In this document: piece after piece, positions 45,521-58,700 of the stretch
Layout of the letters: each line of letters starts with the position of its first letter
Position numbering within the stretch: position 1 is the stretch's first letter
Made by a program: the position numbers and the translations under genes
Assembly (NCBI GenBank): GCA_976226885.1
Contig: OZ320313.1
Location: forward strand, 118,978,001-119,042,000
Length of the DNA stretch: 64,000 nucleotides
Reading direction: 5' to 3'
DNA from: Iphione sp. A-MEVVRFRX5
Taxonomy: Eukaryota
Notes under the pieces: model-generated
The model's input: only the letters and a program-made list of their open reading frames with translations
Told to the model about the DNA's origin: nothing
Databases searched by the model: none

Positions 45521-48140
45521 AATGGTTTGCGATAATAACAGGTAACCTCGGCACCGATCCCCTTCGACGCACCAGAGAACTGAGGAGGGCATTGCATGAC
45601 GGTTTATTCAAACAAGACCCGCCATAGCGAAAGACCGCAAGGTTCTGAGAATACACTGACTGTATCCCGCGTTTTATATATCTGATGGCTTTATACTTGT
45701 AAAATGTATTTTATAAAGACCTCCTGAATTCCAGACAGGTCTCTACCTTTACATTATGATTACTTAAAATTTTTCTCTTCCGTTTGTTATTTGAATGCAA
45801 GACGCGCAATAATGATAAAACTTACAATAATGTACTGGAAATGTTTTGGACGTCTATAAAATTGGAAGTCCGTCTGTATAGTATTTTGAGTATAATTCAA
45901 GAGGACTTATTGATAACAGATAGTCACGAATCAAACTGAAAGTAGTATGTTTATTTCGAAATTCCGGACGAAAAGAGTACCGCAAGTCAAATTATATATG
46001 TTTTCTTTCTTATCGTCCACCAGGGCAACGTTTCCGCTTCATCACTATTCCATTCTCACTAAGTCAAAAATAAGTAAAAGAAGGTAACTTAGTCAGCATA
46101 AGATATGGTATTCCAGTGGATATTAACAACTAATTGCGGTTATCCTCCAGGATTTCCTGATGTTAAAGGCTTCCCGCAGGAACGTACGCCGCTGGATTAC
46201 AATTATGCTGTATAAGAACCAGAGGCCTAAAGTACGAGTCCCACGCACATTTTTGGAGGGAAAAATTCTTTTAGGAGCATTAATGCGATTTACTTGAAAT
46301 ACTGTGACCTCAGACACCCCGTAGTGATCTTTTTTATAAGTCAATTTACAAGGGAGGCGATGGGTTTCAGGAAACATGTTAGACACAAAACGCAAGTAGG
46401 AGGAGAAGCAGCCACATACAAAGCTGTGTAAACGGCGTCCCCACCTCATCATTGATGCTTTTCATACATTACATGTTCCATGTTTGATTTAGTGTGGTTG
46501 TACAGAAGACCACTTTTCAGAGTTGGCTAACCACAGTTTTCTACAGAAGACATCGTGAGGTCTCAGGAGGCCTGAGGTCGCTCTCAGTTTCTAGAGGGTC
46601 CCAGCTTGAGCACAAAAGCATAACATAGTATGGAAAAATATGTCATACCTTTAAATATAACTTATCCTAAAGATCTTGTAAAAGGCTGATGATAATGTTC
46701 CCATATATGACACTGAGACAACGTTGGCCCTATGTAATTCTTTACATTTAAATCAGAAATTCACTCTTACTGAACTGATCGATCACGATGCCCTATATTA
46801 CCCATTAATTAATTTGGACTTTTTCATTTCCGTATTTTGTGTAGTCAGACTGCCGCACAACGCAATTGTATTAAGTATTGATTCATCTGCAATGTATGTT
46901 CATATAGTTTGCATATTCTTTATATCGGCCCAACAAAAATAAGTGTACACGTATTATCAGACGTCGAATTAAAAAAATATATTAAGTGGTGATTATTCAG
47001 CACGGTTCTTTGAGGATTTTGTGGGCACTTTCAAATTGGCAAACATCACACTCAAGTATATGCCGAGTCAAGGTATTTCAAGTTTATGTAAGAAGATATA
47101 ATCATGTATACATTTTTTCAGTAGGACTAATTTTACTGGCGATTTTTTTATTCCTATACATCTTTGGGAAGACCATGCCCGCTCCGTAAGGCTTACCTTA
47201 TATGGTGACCAGCAAATAAAGACCTTCAACAAAAGTCCATTGATAGTCTAAACCACCTATCTATGTACATGATAACAGAATAGCTAAAACCATGAATCAA
47301 GCGTCTCATGGAATGGTGGATAACTATCTACCTGCTAGCTTTTGGAATTGCAGTAATCATCAAACTCCTCTACTCACATACCTTTTTAGGAATCTCAGCA
47401 AAAACCACACATTTTCATTTCATACCAAAGATATGATTACGTGATGCCTTTGCCATGGAAGTGTACTTTCGTGTCATCAAACATGCCTTCACTGCACAGT
47501 GACATTCTGCATGGCTACAGAGCAGGTACGGTACACGTAGCCATATATTCCGAAAAAAATATCTAAATAAAATCAAAGAACTGAATGTTGGAGTTGATCA
47601 ATATATTTACCTAAGGTCTTAATCCACTTCACAGGTAAACAACATAGAACAGTTTTAATACGTATGTATCAATGTTGCCGTGCAAATGCTTCAGGAAGTA
47701 ATTTTGCAATTCCACTGCACAGTGGAGGTCTCCTATGGTTATGCTGTAGAGGCAAGAGGAAGGGGGGATGGAGGAGATAGCAATATAAGATACCTATTAC
47801 CATATATCAGTATTTAAAAGGTGATTCATGAACAGTCACAATAAATTAATGAATAATCATTAATGAATAATCATTAACTTGTCACTTCAACCTGTTCATT
47901 ACAATTAGATAAAATCCTCAGACAGTCCATTATGTTTATAAACACCTCAGCTATAGCACCTCAGAGATTATGAGCCATAATGGACTGTCCTCGCACTTTA
48001 TCTAATACATACATGTAACTTGCCATAGTTTCTGCAGCTAGTTTCAATAGGTATATACAGTCGAGAGCCAATCTGCAACTATCCCTCTGGTGTGAACTCA
48101 AGTGATCAGATTAGTAATATTGGTCACAAATCAGTACACT

Positions 48141-48257
48141 AGCTGATTTGCAATCTAAACCTGCTCATTCATGGTCTAAATCTGCTGATTCATGGTCTTA
48201 ACCTGCCAATTCTTAGTCTAAACCGGCCGATTTGTGGTCTAAACCCACTGATTTGCA
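48141..48257. repeat. Degenerate 21-bp minisatellite
   Basis: Units of type TCTAAACCTGCTGATTCATGG, about 5.5 copies. Confidence 0.75.
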
Positions 48258-48267
48258 CAATGAATAA

Positions 48268-48440
48268 GGCCGGCTTTCCATGTGTGCATGTTTTGGCCAT
48301 GCCGCTATCTAGGTGAGTATGGAGGGGTGTTTTCAATGTACAGTAGCAATTGCCCACATCAACGAGATGGTCTCCTAGTCGAGTTCCTCATTAAGTGGGC
48401 TCCTACTGTATCTAGACAGGAGAGAGTGGGAGAGACAAAG

Positions 48441-48491
<51 letters not shown>

Positions 48492-48906
48492 GGATAGGAA
48501 AGGAAGCAATTGGTGGAAATTGTGCAGTCTTTAATAGAGGTTTATACATATTGGTAGAAATTGTGTGTTTTTCATGGAGGTTTACACATATTGGTGGAAA
48601 TTCTGTAGTCGTTATGCAAATGATATACAAATTAAAAATATTTTACAACATCTAACTTATGCTAGATACTATTCTTCCTCCTTTAGAAGTCTCATTTCTG
48701 TATCCTACACATCCGTCAATGTCTATGGTCCAGAGAAATTTACAGCCCAGGTCCATTCTCGGTCTTCTGACAAACATGCGACATGCAGCATGCAGCATGG
48801 ATGTGGATGCATGGAAACACTCATGTTGACTAACCTAGGATCTTTATATTCCTATACACATGTACACAAAGTAAGGGGAAAAACATGTACACATGGGAGG
48901 CTAGCG
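48268..48906. mobile_element. PIF/Harbinger-type MITE, diverged relative of the 23373 element
   Basis: TAA|GGCCGGCTTTCCATGTG left TIR, degenerate right TIR; contains (AG)n at 48444-48487, diverged 41-bp repeats and AAATTTACAGCCCAGG. Confidence 0.6.
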
Positions 48907-50084
48907 CTACCCTAAGATGTGTGATCACAGGACTTCTGGAAGGTCACAAATAGGTAGTGAAATACATTGAAAAGGACCCTAAGAAGGTTACCTGGTGCAA
49001 ATTGGTCTGCCCACAAATAGCTACATGGACATAAGGCTTATTAAAGGGGAATATTTCTGTTCCGAACTCAAATGGACATATTTCTGGTTTGGGTCGCAAA
49101 TTGGTATGGTCGCAAATAGGCATTCGACTGTAGTTCACTAAGTCCATACGGTAGTTTACAGCGACAGGGGCTTCATAGTCTTTGGCTCTTATGGAAACCA
49201 GAGTGTTACTTGCAATGGAACTGTCGCCCCTATATCAACAGGGGAGGCCTAGTTTGCAATACTAATTATTAGATCGAGATGTTCATGTCCGTTATATTAA
49301 GAGATACACAGTCCTTGCTATTTTCAAAATATAGCTGAGAAATTGGGTGCAATTAAATGCAGACGTTAACCTTCCTACTGCGAAACCAGTATATGGCCTG
49401 AACCTATCCGATGAGTAAGTGCTTCTGTTTTTTTATTTATCAATTACAAAGGTGATTAGGTCTGTATTTTATCACTCCGTGACCCATTCTGTACGATACT
49501 GTGACATCCAGGTGATAAGATAGTGACGCGTGTGGGAAATTCCTGGCGATAAATATATTCAAGTATGAATCCGCTCCAGGAGCAAATAACACAAACAGTA
49601 TTGCTTTCCTCTATAATGATAAATATCAAAGTTTAAGACCTCACATTGCAAATAAAGCTAATTGAAGGTAAGATTGTCCGATGGCACACGTATATTCCTT
49701 GAAGTGCACGCCTCTGAGTGATTTTGATAACAATGGTTATTCTAGTATTGATACCTTTATGTTCTATATGTAAAAGACACTTATTGTAAAGAATGTCAAT
49801 GTCCTTAATTGTACACTATAAACAGTGCAGTCTCGCAGTATGGACAGACTAGAAATATAATGAAAAGGGAGAATTAGTCTATTTTTATAAAAGCAAATTG
49901 TTTCTCTCTACGATCTAATATCGGGGGACATTAGGACTATGGTCAGATAAGACTTATGGTCACCTCAGCCTGTGGTGACTGTATTTTGGGTACAAATGCC
50001 ACATACATAAAGATCAGAGTGAGACATAGCCCATGCAATTAAAAGAAATCTATAAAATGATACTGTAATAAGGCCAGGAGTTTA

Positions 50085-50395
50085 GGCGCTGTTCACATAT
50101 ATCTGGACAAAAAATCTGCACCTGTGTGTGGACGCGGAGGTACCCCCTGCAGATTTTGCTAGGTAATTGGTTACATATGGACAGCAGATGTCTATTCAGC
50201 ATTGAAGCCTATGGAAATCTGCGTCAAGGTCCAGATTTTTTCCATGTTGCATGGAAAATAAATCCACACCTGTGTGCAGACACGGAAAAGTCTGTATATA
50301 CATGAATGGGTATTACGGTAAGACCAGACTGATTAAATATCTGTCCCGGTGTCTGGGTACAGTCCATAAAAATCAGGATGTATGTGAACAGGGCC
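50085..50395. mobile_element. PIF/Harbinger-type MITE
   Basis: TTA|GGCGCTGTTCACATA ... TATGTGAACAGGGCC|TCA. Confidence 0.65.
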
Positions 50396-52889
50396 TCAGT
50401 AGACAGGTGTCAGGAAGGCCAGCTGTCTCCCCACAGACAATGCCAATTTGTTAATACAACATTGGAGTAAACATCAGGAGCCAGTCAATAGGCATCAACA
50501 CAGAGGAAATAAGAGGGCAGAATGAGAGTTGGCGTCTCAATATTAACATGTAGGCAGTCCAAGACCCATTGCAGTCGATTTAGTTTGGAATGATAATTGA
50601 GTTTCTACTCAAGGTGGACAATTACCCCAAGTATCTTGATTTGGTGTACATAAAGGTAGGGGTGATTGGACGAGAAACTATGTACATCTTTACGTTGAAT
50701 GTGCAAAAAACAAATAAAGTTATGGATGGATTCGAGTCTTAATAAGGCATCTCAGTAAAACATTTCCCAATCATATCTAATTCCTTTAACAGCTCTTTCT
50801 TTTGTAAATGGTTCCATTAGCGTCTCTGGCTCTAATGGGCCAAAATTCTATCACTACAGCTACGTTTCAAGGCCAACAGCCCCCCCCCCCCCATTTGTTT
50901 CTCCCTTGTCTTTTGAATTGCAAGTCCCCTTACCTAACCTAAAATGCATGGCAGTCAGCAACTCTGAAAAGATCAAGCACGATTTTGTATGAGGCAGACA
51001 TGTGAACCAGTGATACTATACGTTCATATGTCGCTGCTCTTTTTGTGGTGTACGCTTCCAATATGCACACAATTAACTGTGTGGATAGAGGACGTAAGAT
51101 GTCAATGGAATTTCAGGCACTTTTAGACCAGGCTTGTGCAAAACATCATGACATCGGTGAATTCATAACCGCCCACTCCAATCTCTTTTACTACACTAAG
51201 AAAGAAGCGTGGAAACATTCATACACTTGCACAGACCAGACATAATTGAACAACAGGTCTCCCCTATTTGGTTATGCCAGGCTCTCTGACAGCATTTACA
51301 AGCCCCTTGACTGTTCCTAGCGAACCAGTTCCCTGCCATATCCTCTTTGCTACCAAGGGTTACGCCAACCAGATCTGTCCCATATCCTCTATGCTACCCA
51401 GGGTTATGACAACAACCTGGTCTCTGCCATATTCTTATATGCTTCCCCGAATACGACAACCATACATAGCCTCTTGATTATCTAATGGAATCTATATTAT
51501 TCTCCTTAATGCAGCCCTATTCGAAGGTTGCTGTTCACGAAATTGCTGCCTATATGCCTAATGAGATATTCATGGCTAAAATTATTCCAGATTTTAATCA
51601 TGCTGCATCTTACAACCTCATGTACATGTCAGTGCAAGCCCACACCTAGAGCTCTGAATTGGGGAGGCTGTTGTGGGATACAGGGGACACTCCTCAGCAA
51701 CTCAAGTCCATTATACAATAATATACTCTAAATATTGGAAGGAGTGGCGGGTCACCATAAACAATCGAACCCTCTACAGTACCCCAAATCCCTACATCAG
51801 AGAGGAGAGAACAGAACCACTCTTTTCAGGAGTGAACTCATGACCGCAACCCACATACGTCTCCCTGTTTTGAATATCCCTGTGTTAATACCTATCAATT
51901 TAGGAGGCGGCCTTACAGATACAGAGGAGGATAAATTGGGCACCTTGACCTCCGCTCTATGCCGCATCTCTAACGACTCCTTGTTTAAGACCCACGCACC
52001 TACCCGACTATCCTGACGGGGTGCGCCCTCAGTCCCATGCCTGGAACTGAGGCAGTCTGCACATGCATGCCATCCTAATCAATTTGAAATGGGACCCTCA
52101 TAAATTGCGCCAAACACTGCACTTCTTAAAGCATTTTAAGTGGACAAGTTTTCTCTTTCAGGGGGGGGGGGGTTCAAGTATGAGTTTCATGTCATCAAGC
52201 AAGCTTTTCCGATATAATGAATAATGCATGCTTTCCCGTAATTAATGGATACCAGGTCTTAGAGTGTAACTAGTTCAATATACAGCTGGGAACTACGCTG
52301 TGGAGGTCACCCACATGTACCTGAATGAACATCAATGTGTACATGCCCATGTGTACCTGACTGAAAAGGTGCAACCAGTGAAAGAAAAATCAACTATCAG
52401 ATATGAACAACTGTAAAGAATCAAGAAACCGAATAGAATCTAATCCAAAGACAGCAAGAAACAATCCCATAAAAAATACTTTTGTAAGTTTATTAGCACG
52501 TAGCTCTCAATTGAATATTCGTGTACTCTGTTCAAATTTTAATGATTTTCCTTACAACCATATGTATATTATGATTGGCGCCAAAAAGTAAAATCACAAT
52601 TCTTTGCACTTTAAATGTAGCCATCTAACAGAGATGACATCAAGTGGTGTGTGTTAAAGATATCAAGTTTGAAAACTGCTCTCTAACACTTCACAAAAAC
52701 TATATCTCTCCACTCAGTATTCCCTTCACTCCCAGACAGATTAACTGGAGCGAAATTATGACACCTTCCATGTTTTATAATATTTTCCCTTGCTTTTTAA
52801 CGGAACAGCTTCGGACAAATGTCCCAAGTTTACCGTATAAATTAGCGTCAGTTGCAAAACCACCAAAGCAAAAATTTCTGTTTGCCTGC

Positions 52890-53260
52890 AGGACGCCCAA
52901 ACCCTCGCGCTCTCCTTTCTTGTTGGCTGTTTAAGCAACGTTTCTTGCCACCGGCTATAGAGGCGAGTGGAGTAGATAGGTGGAGGTGTATTTGGCTGGC
53001 GAGGCTCCCACTCTACATTGTGCTGTCTTGTAGCATCAGTCGGCACCGCCAACCAAAGTGGAGCAGCCATTGAGAGGAGCGATGAGAGCGGAGTTTTTGT
53101 CGTCGACGCGTACGCGGCGCCGCACTGATCGGCCGTTCTCTCCCGGCGGGGACAGCGCCAAGAGGATTGGCGCCTGACAAGGGCACCCGGGCCAGACCGC
53201 ACATAGGGCTTCGCCTGGGCCACTCTCACACCACTTGCTAGAACACGGCAGACGTAATCA
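52890..53260. promoter_or_regulatory. CpG-rich promoter-like island
   Basis: High GC/CpG against an AT-rich background; GATTGGCGCC (CCAAT/E2F-like), overlapping palindromes CGCGTACGCG and GCGGCGCCGC, YY1-like AATGGCTGC on the minus strand. Confidence 0.35.
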
Positions 53261-55326
53261 ATGACTAATTCCCATTTCACATCGTCTTTCTATAGCCTCT
53301 AAATTGTGAATGATTATTATAATTGCTCCTCACATCATTGCATTTCGGAAGGTCAACATATAAAGCGACAGTGTGTAAACTGCTCGTGTACATTATAATT
53401 CACGTTCACTAGCAGTAATATGCCTAAAAGACATGTACATAATCTGATCCTTAAGTATTTTGCTTTCATTAAACGGCTTAGGACGTGCTCTTTCCAATAC
53501 AGCCCTTTTATTCTAAACAAGCACAGAACAGCAAAGGTTGCAATATGCCGGTATAATATTAGCGACGTATGAACATATTTATTTACATGCGTTCTGTGTC
53601 TATTACATACATTGCACATGCATTACGAGTGTACACGTATTTATATACATACACATACGCATAATCTAGGTGTTTGAGTGGTTTAGTTAAGACATCAAAT
53701 TCTTTCATGTACTATAATATATATGGATAATCAATGTGTTTTGGCACTGTAAAATTAATTTTGGCTTTAAAATGTCCACCAAATAGAAATGTTTAACGAT
53801 CACCACTTTCAATGCACTATACATAGTGCTAATTGTAGTAGTTTCATTAACCTGAACTCTCAAATATCAAAACCAATTATCTTGCCCTATAAACACCATT
53901 AAACTGTTAAAAGGTTTTAGAAGCCTATAAGCATGTTAATCCATTTATTTCTTTTAACATATATAGGTGTTTAACTTTATTAACACATTAGCCTGTATGA
54001 AAAATGTTACACAAAAACACTTGTTTTTACAGTGAGGTTGGTGTGTTTACTCCATCAAATACTTCCATTTTGGGCTGCAGTAGATGTATCATCAATGGAA
54101 TAATATGAATGTACATTATGGATTAGGACTAAATCCATTCATAAGTCTTCGACTTGAGCTCTCTACCTAATTGAATGCCGATTAGGAAATCAAATCCGAT
54201 TACTATACCCTCAATCGGTCAGCTATATAAGGATAGTTCTCATAGTGAAGCGTAGTAAAATTTAAAGAGGTTAATTTGGAAAACGTTCATGAGTATTATT
54301 GTCTTCTCTATCACATGGAAGTCACAAATCCAAGTGAATCGCAGCTATGATTTCAAAACTGTGAAAAAAGCGTGGTAAAGTTTCATGAAATTTTGGTACA
54401 GATGAAGGCAAATTGTTTCAATGTCAAACGAATGGTGTTCGCACGTCTTATCCTCTAATCCACTTATTCTACCAGATACATTTTTTGCATCTAAATAGGA
54501 TAACTAGTCACGCCAGATAACGTCTTTAATACCGTTCATTTATCATGCACGTGGTGATCCTTTACCATCAAACATTCATCTCTACTATCAAACATTCATC
54601 AGCGGTTCGTGCGAGCTGTTTAGAGGCAAACCTACGTCCCTTGACTGCTGTCAAAGTTTCCTGAGGCAGCGTTTCCCCCCTGTTTTAGCCTCTGATCCCG
54701 GGCCAAATACATGTTCCGTTGTTTTAGTGAGACCTGGGGCTGCAATGTCAAGCTTACCTGATTGACGACAGTCAACTCGGCACTGTTTCGGTGAAAAGCT
54801 AGCGGTTTAAGTCAAGAATGGTGGCCCGGAGGCGGTACATGGTGCGTAAGTGAGGATGAACTAGCTGTGAAAGAACATACCTGAGCTACATACGCACCTG
54901 ACTCTCCGGCCTCGTGTTTGTGGGATAGAAGACCGCAACAGCAGTTATGGTAGAAGAAGTGTCATAATGGGATGACACACTTATGGTAGAGGCGGTCAAA
55001 ATTCAAGGCACACCTCGCGTTTTTCTATAACCGGCGTGGGTGATCGTAAGCTATATGGCTTTATTACGGTTCAATGCAACTTAGACATGCCTGACTGGTT
55101 CCAGACGGGCCTGGCCAATCTAACTTGGCCATTCGTGATAAACAGCACGTCTATAAATATATAATACACAGGCCACTACGGGCCGGCAGACCATTCCCGG
55201 ATGCCGCTAGATAATATCCAAATATATGAATCGGACCCTACACCGCGGTCTTCTGTGTGATAAGATGGCCCTCAGAGAACACTGGCTTATATTTTGGTTT
55301 TTCATGTTTTGTAAGGAAAACCCTCT

Positions 55327-55788
55327 GTGACGAGGATATATAGTGACGCACCCACCTGCGGCTCCTTGGCCCTTGCAGCGTCGTGAACGGTACATCCACT
55401 CTTCAGCTGAACGTGGCCATCTGGTCAGAGACGACACGGCGGGCTATGAGGGAACCCGGCACTCCAGGGTGGGCGACACTGCCACCAGGGGAGTCGCCAG
55501 GAACTGCCAAGAGTGGATGGGATCGGCTGACCGGCACTATGTGACCTGGGTGCGGCGGCAAAGGCCAGGAATCAGTCGATATACGTGTGTACCGACCGCC
55601 CAATGCGTGGGGCCTAAAACCCAGGGAGGCCGGCGGTGGTGGCAGCGACTGTGGTTGGCGGATCCCTGCAGGTGAGGTAGAGATGCCACCGTCAGGCGGC
55701 GGTTACCAGTCAGCCCACCGCCTCTGCCTCTTGTCTGCCGCCCTCCCGGCATACTTAGCCACCGCCCCCTCCTCCTACTGTACGTCAC
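55327..55788. mobile_element. GC-rich 462-bp insertion, possible solo LTR
   Basis: CTCT|GTGACG ... CGTCAC|CTCT (6-bp inverted ends, 4-bp direct flanks), TATA-like GATATATAG near the left end, sharp GC boundaries. Confidence 0.35.
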
Positions 55789-58700
55789 CTCTGTCCCTTC
55801 GCTAGACTGATCTGCCCCATACTTTCAAAAGCGCGCCTGAGAAATGAACCAGAGCTGCAGCTTAAGCGTAGTTTCGTCCTCAAATATTCAAATAGTCCCT
55901 CTTGTTTGTGGCAAGGCAATGCTGATACAGACACTCCTCTCTAAAACCCTTTGAACATCGTGCTTAACTACAATAATATATATAATCCTTTATCAGGTTC
56001 GACGACAGATACGTTAACAGCCCGATAAACACCTATGACAAACTGAGTGCCTGTATTCTTTTTTCTCTCTTTTTTTGTAAGAGCTGTTTCATAAACAATG
56101 TGTAATATTAGAACTCATTCACAGATGTCGTTCTGTGCGCAGTTACAGCCTACCGTTCAAGCAGTGGCGTTAAGTCCTTTTAAACTACACATTATACCCA
56201 GTAACGCCTCGTACTCCTACCTCATCTATCATTTAATTGCAAGGCTCAGAGTTACAACTGACCGATTATTCGAAAGTAATCAAAGACGCAGCTTCTCTGT
56301 AGCGCGAGTTAAGTCTCTTGTCGTACAGTGTTTAGTGACGAGCCATACTTGTGGTGTATTTGCTGCAAACTTGCCGTAGGTCATTGCATGCCTCAAGTGC
56401 TGAGAGAAGTAGAAACAACCTCATTGACAATCAAGATTGTGGGTTCGGAGCTCGTTAAGAGAAAACTCTCCTGGACAAAAGAGGCTGTAATTTTGGCGAA
56501 AGCATACTCCCCGGATTACCGATGACGTCTTGTTTTTTTTCATTCTTGAAATTAAATGTTATCAACCCGAGTCCGGTACAGGTATAACCTTTCTTGGATC
56601 ATCTTCAGACACAAGCACATTACACAAAAGAGGAACAGTGATAACCACATACAGATCTGTGGTTCAATTTTACTACCCTTTACAGCAATGCATAGAATTT
56701 TCCGGTTACTCAGACTTCTTTTCCTACATAGGTACGTTTTGTTGTACCCCACCTGCCACCGTAAACATTCAACATAGGCAGCCCCTCTCCGATAACGCGA
56801 CCTTTCTTTTTCTCAGGCAAAGTACCTCTTTAGATGGGCGCCCCGAACCCAGTCCCAGGAAGTGATGTAATGTCTATACCCCTTGTCTCGGCTATTTTTT
56901 TCCTCCAAGGTAAACATGAGTCCCGGACGGAAGGCAGACTCGGAATGGGTGGGGCCCTTTGTCTGCGGGTGGTGGGTATGTGGCTCTCGGAGTCATTCAA
57001 GTGAGTGTTCCAGGTAGTGCATGAGGGGATTATTTGTATACGCTCTGACCACACACATTACCACAACTACATTCTAATTTGGGTATTGTTTCGCGTATAT
57101 TACATGCACATACGTATATATGCGTGTATATTGAATATATTTACATACATCCCGATTTGATTCCTCCAACACTTGGACATTTGCCAGTAAATTTTGTTCC
57201 CACTGGCTCGAGTTTATCATATATAATCTATATTCCATGTATTTGAATTGATAGGGTTCGTTCTGAATGTCTTACACACGGTCAACACATAATGACTTAA
57301 CTAAATGGAGAGGAAAGGACGTCTAATTTCCAACAATCTTTTATCTGGACGGTTTCGGAGTGTTTATGTTTGCAAAATACAGCTAGAGTCTGCCATTCTA
57401 CCGATGTTCCGGCATAGTGATACAAACTAGAAACAATAAGACACCATGCAGCCGAGTGTCTATACCATCTCGGAAACTAAATATGATCTCTTTTTACCTG
57501 GAGTGACTGAGCACTTCGCTATAAGATTTTATTCGTGTACCACAGGTGCCTAATAGTAGCTTCACTGGAGTGGCATGTTTGCATTACATTGTTTACACTA
57601 GACATCACATGCCGGCAGTATTTGTCCAGAATGTTACGGTTTCTATTTGCTAAATTATGATACGATATGTCGTAACTTGATACAATGTGCAAGGTACAGG
57701 TAATAGATGAAAGTCTTCATCTTCAAGAATATCTACACCAAAAGGGATGTGAGACACGAGAAAGTGCGTTCTATAAAAGAATGTTTATTAACCGGTTACC
57801 ACCACATTCGAAACAATAATCGTAAATTATGTCGATTACATCGTGGTTCCAATTCTACCTAAAAACAAAGATGTTGAACGGGGTGGCCAGTACAACGTAC
57901 GTAACACAATTTCGCACTATGCATCTTATTTTTTTGCTATGCATGGTACACAATTTCTATATAAAAAAAATTTAACAATTCATATTTTAGCAAAGTGGCC
58001 ATAACTAGTATCTATCAGTTTGGACTGTAACATCTGAAGATCAGATCGTGGACAATTCACCCCATTACCAACTCGATCCGTTTGCCATTCACACCATAGC
58101 CAATGTGTGTCAACTCACTACTCCCTACATGAATATGTGACACATAGATACTATAAAGCCTCAGGATCTTCAAGTCTTTCAATGGATTCTTCTGCAATGA
58201 CACGACTAAAAACGTGTAGCATTGCATTCGAGTAAGTCACATCAACCTATGTCAGGACCAGACATATACACATTTGAATGGGCAATGGCACAACTCAGTG
58301 ATGAAATTGCACCAATTACCAAGAACGTTAACGTATTTTTGTCACCCAATGACAACTAAAATGTCCCTCTGTTTTCGTAAGTCAAACTGAATTATCTCCT
58401 TTCTTTGTTTGATGTCTTCAAATTTATGGCAATTCCATTTTGTACACGGATTTGTCAATGCACAGAGGATGTTTGAGTGCATCTCCTCTTCCGCAGGATA
58501 CAGCTATGTGACCACGTGTAAACCGACTAACACTGACATGGATAACATGCCAAATGTCTATTCGTATTAGATGAGCGTGGTTGTATCACAAGCCAAGACA
58601 AACAGACAGCAAATAAGAACATCGTTTGTACCAAATATGTTTACATCCTTCCCAAGGAAAAAAAAATATAGCTGTGAACATTCCGGACGGAGGTGTTCCG

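Noticed and set aside
55343-55675. Weak kringle-like wording (GYEGT...RNCQEW) in the 110-aa ORF
   Set aside because: Cys spacing and the NYCRNPD motif of kringles are absent; Arg/Trp-rich composition suggests a non-coding GC-rich frame
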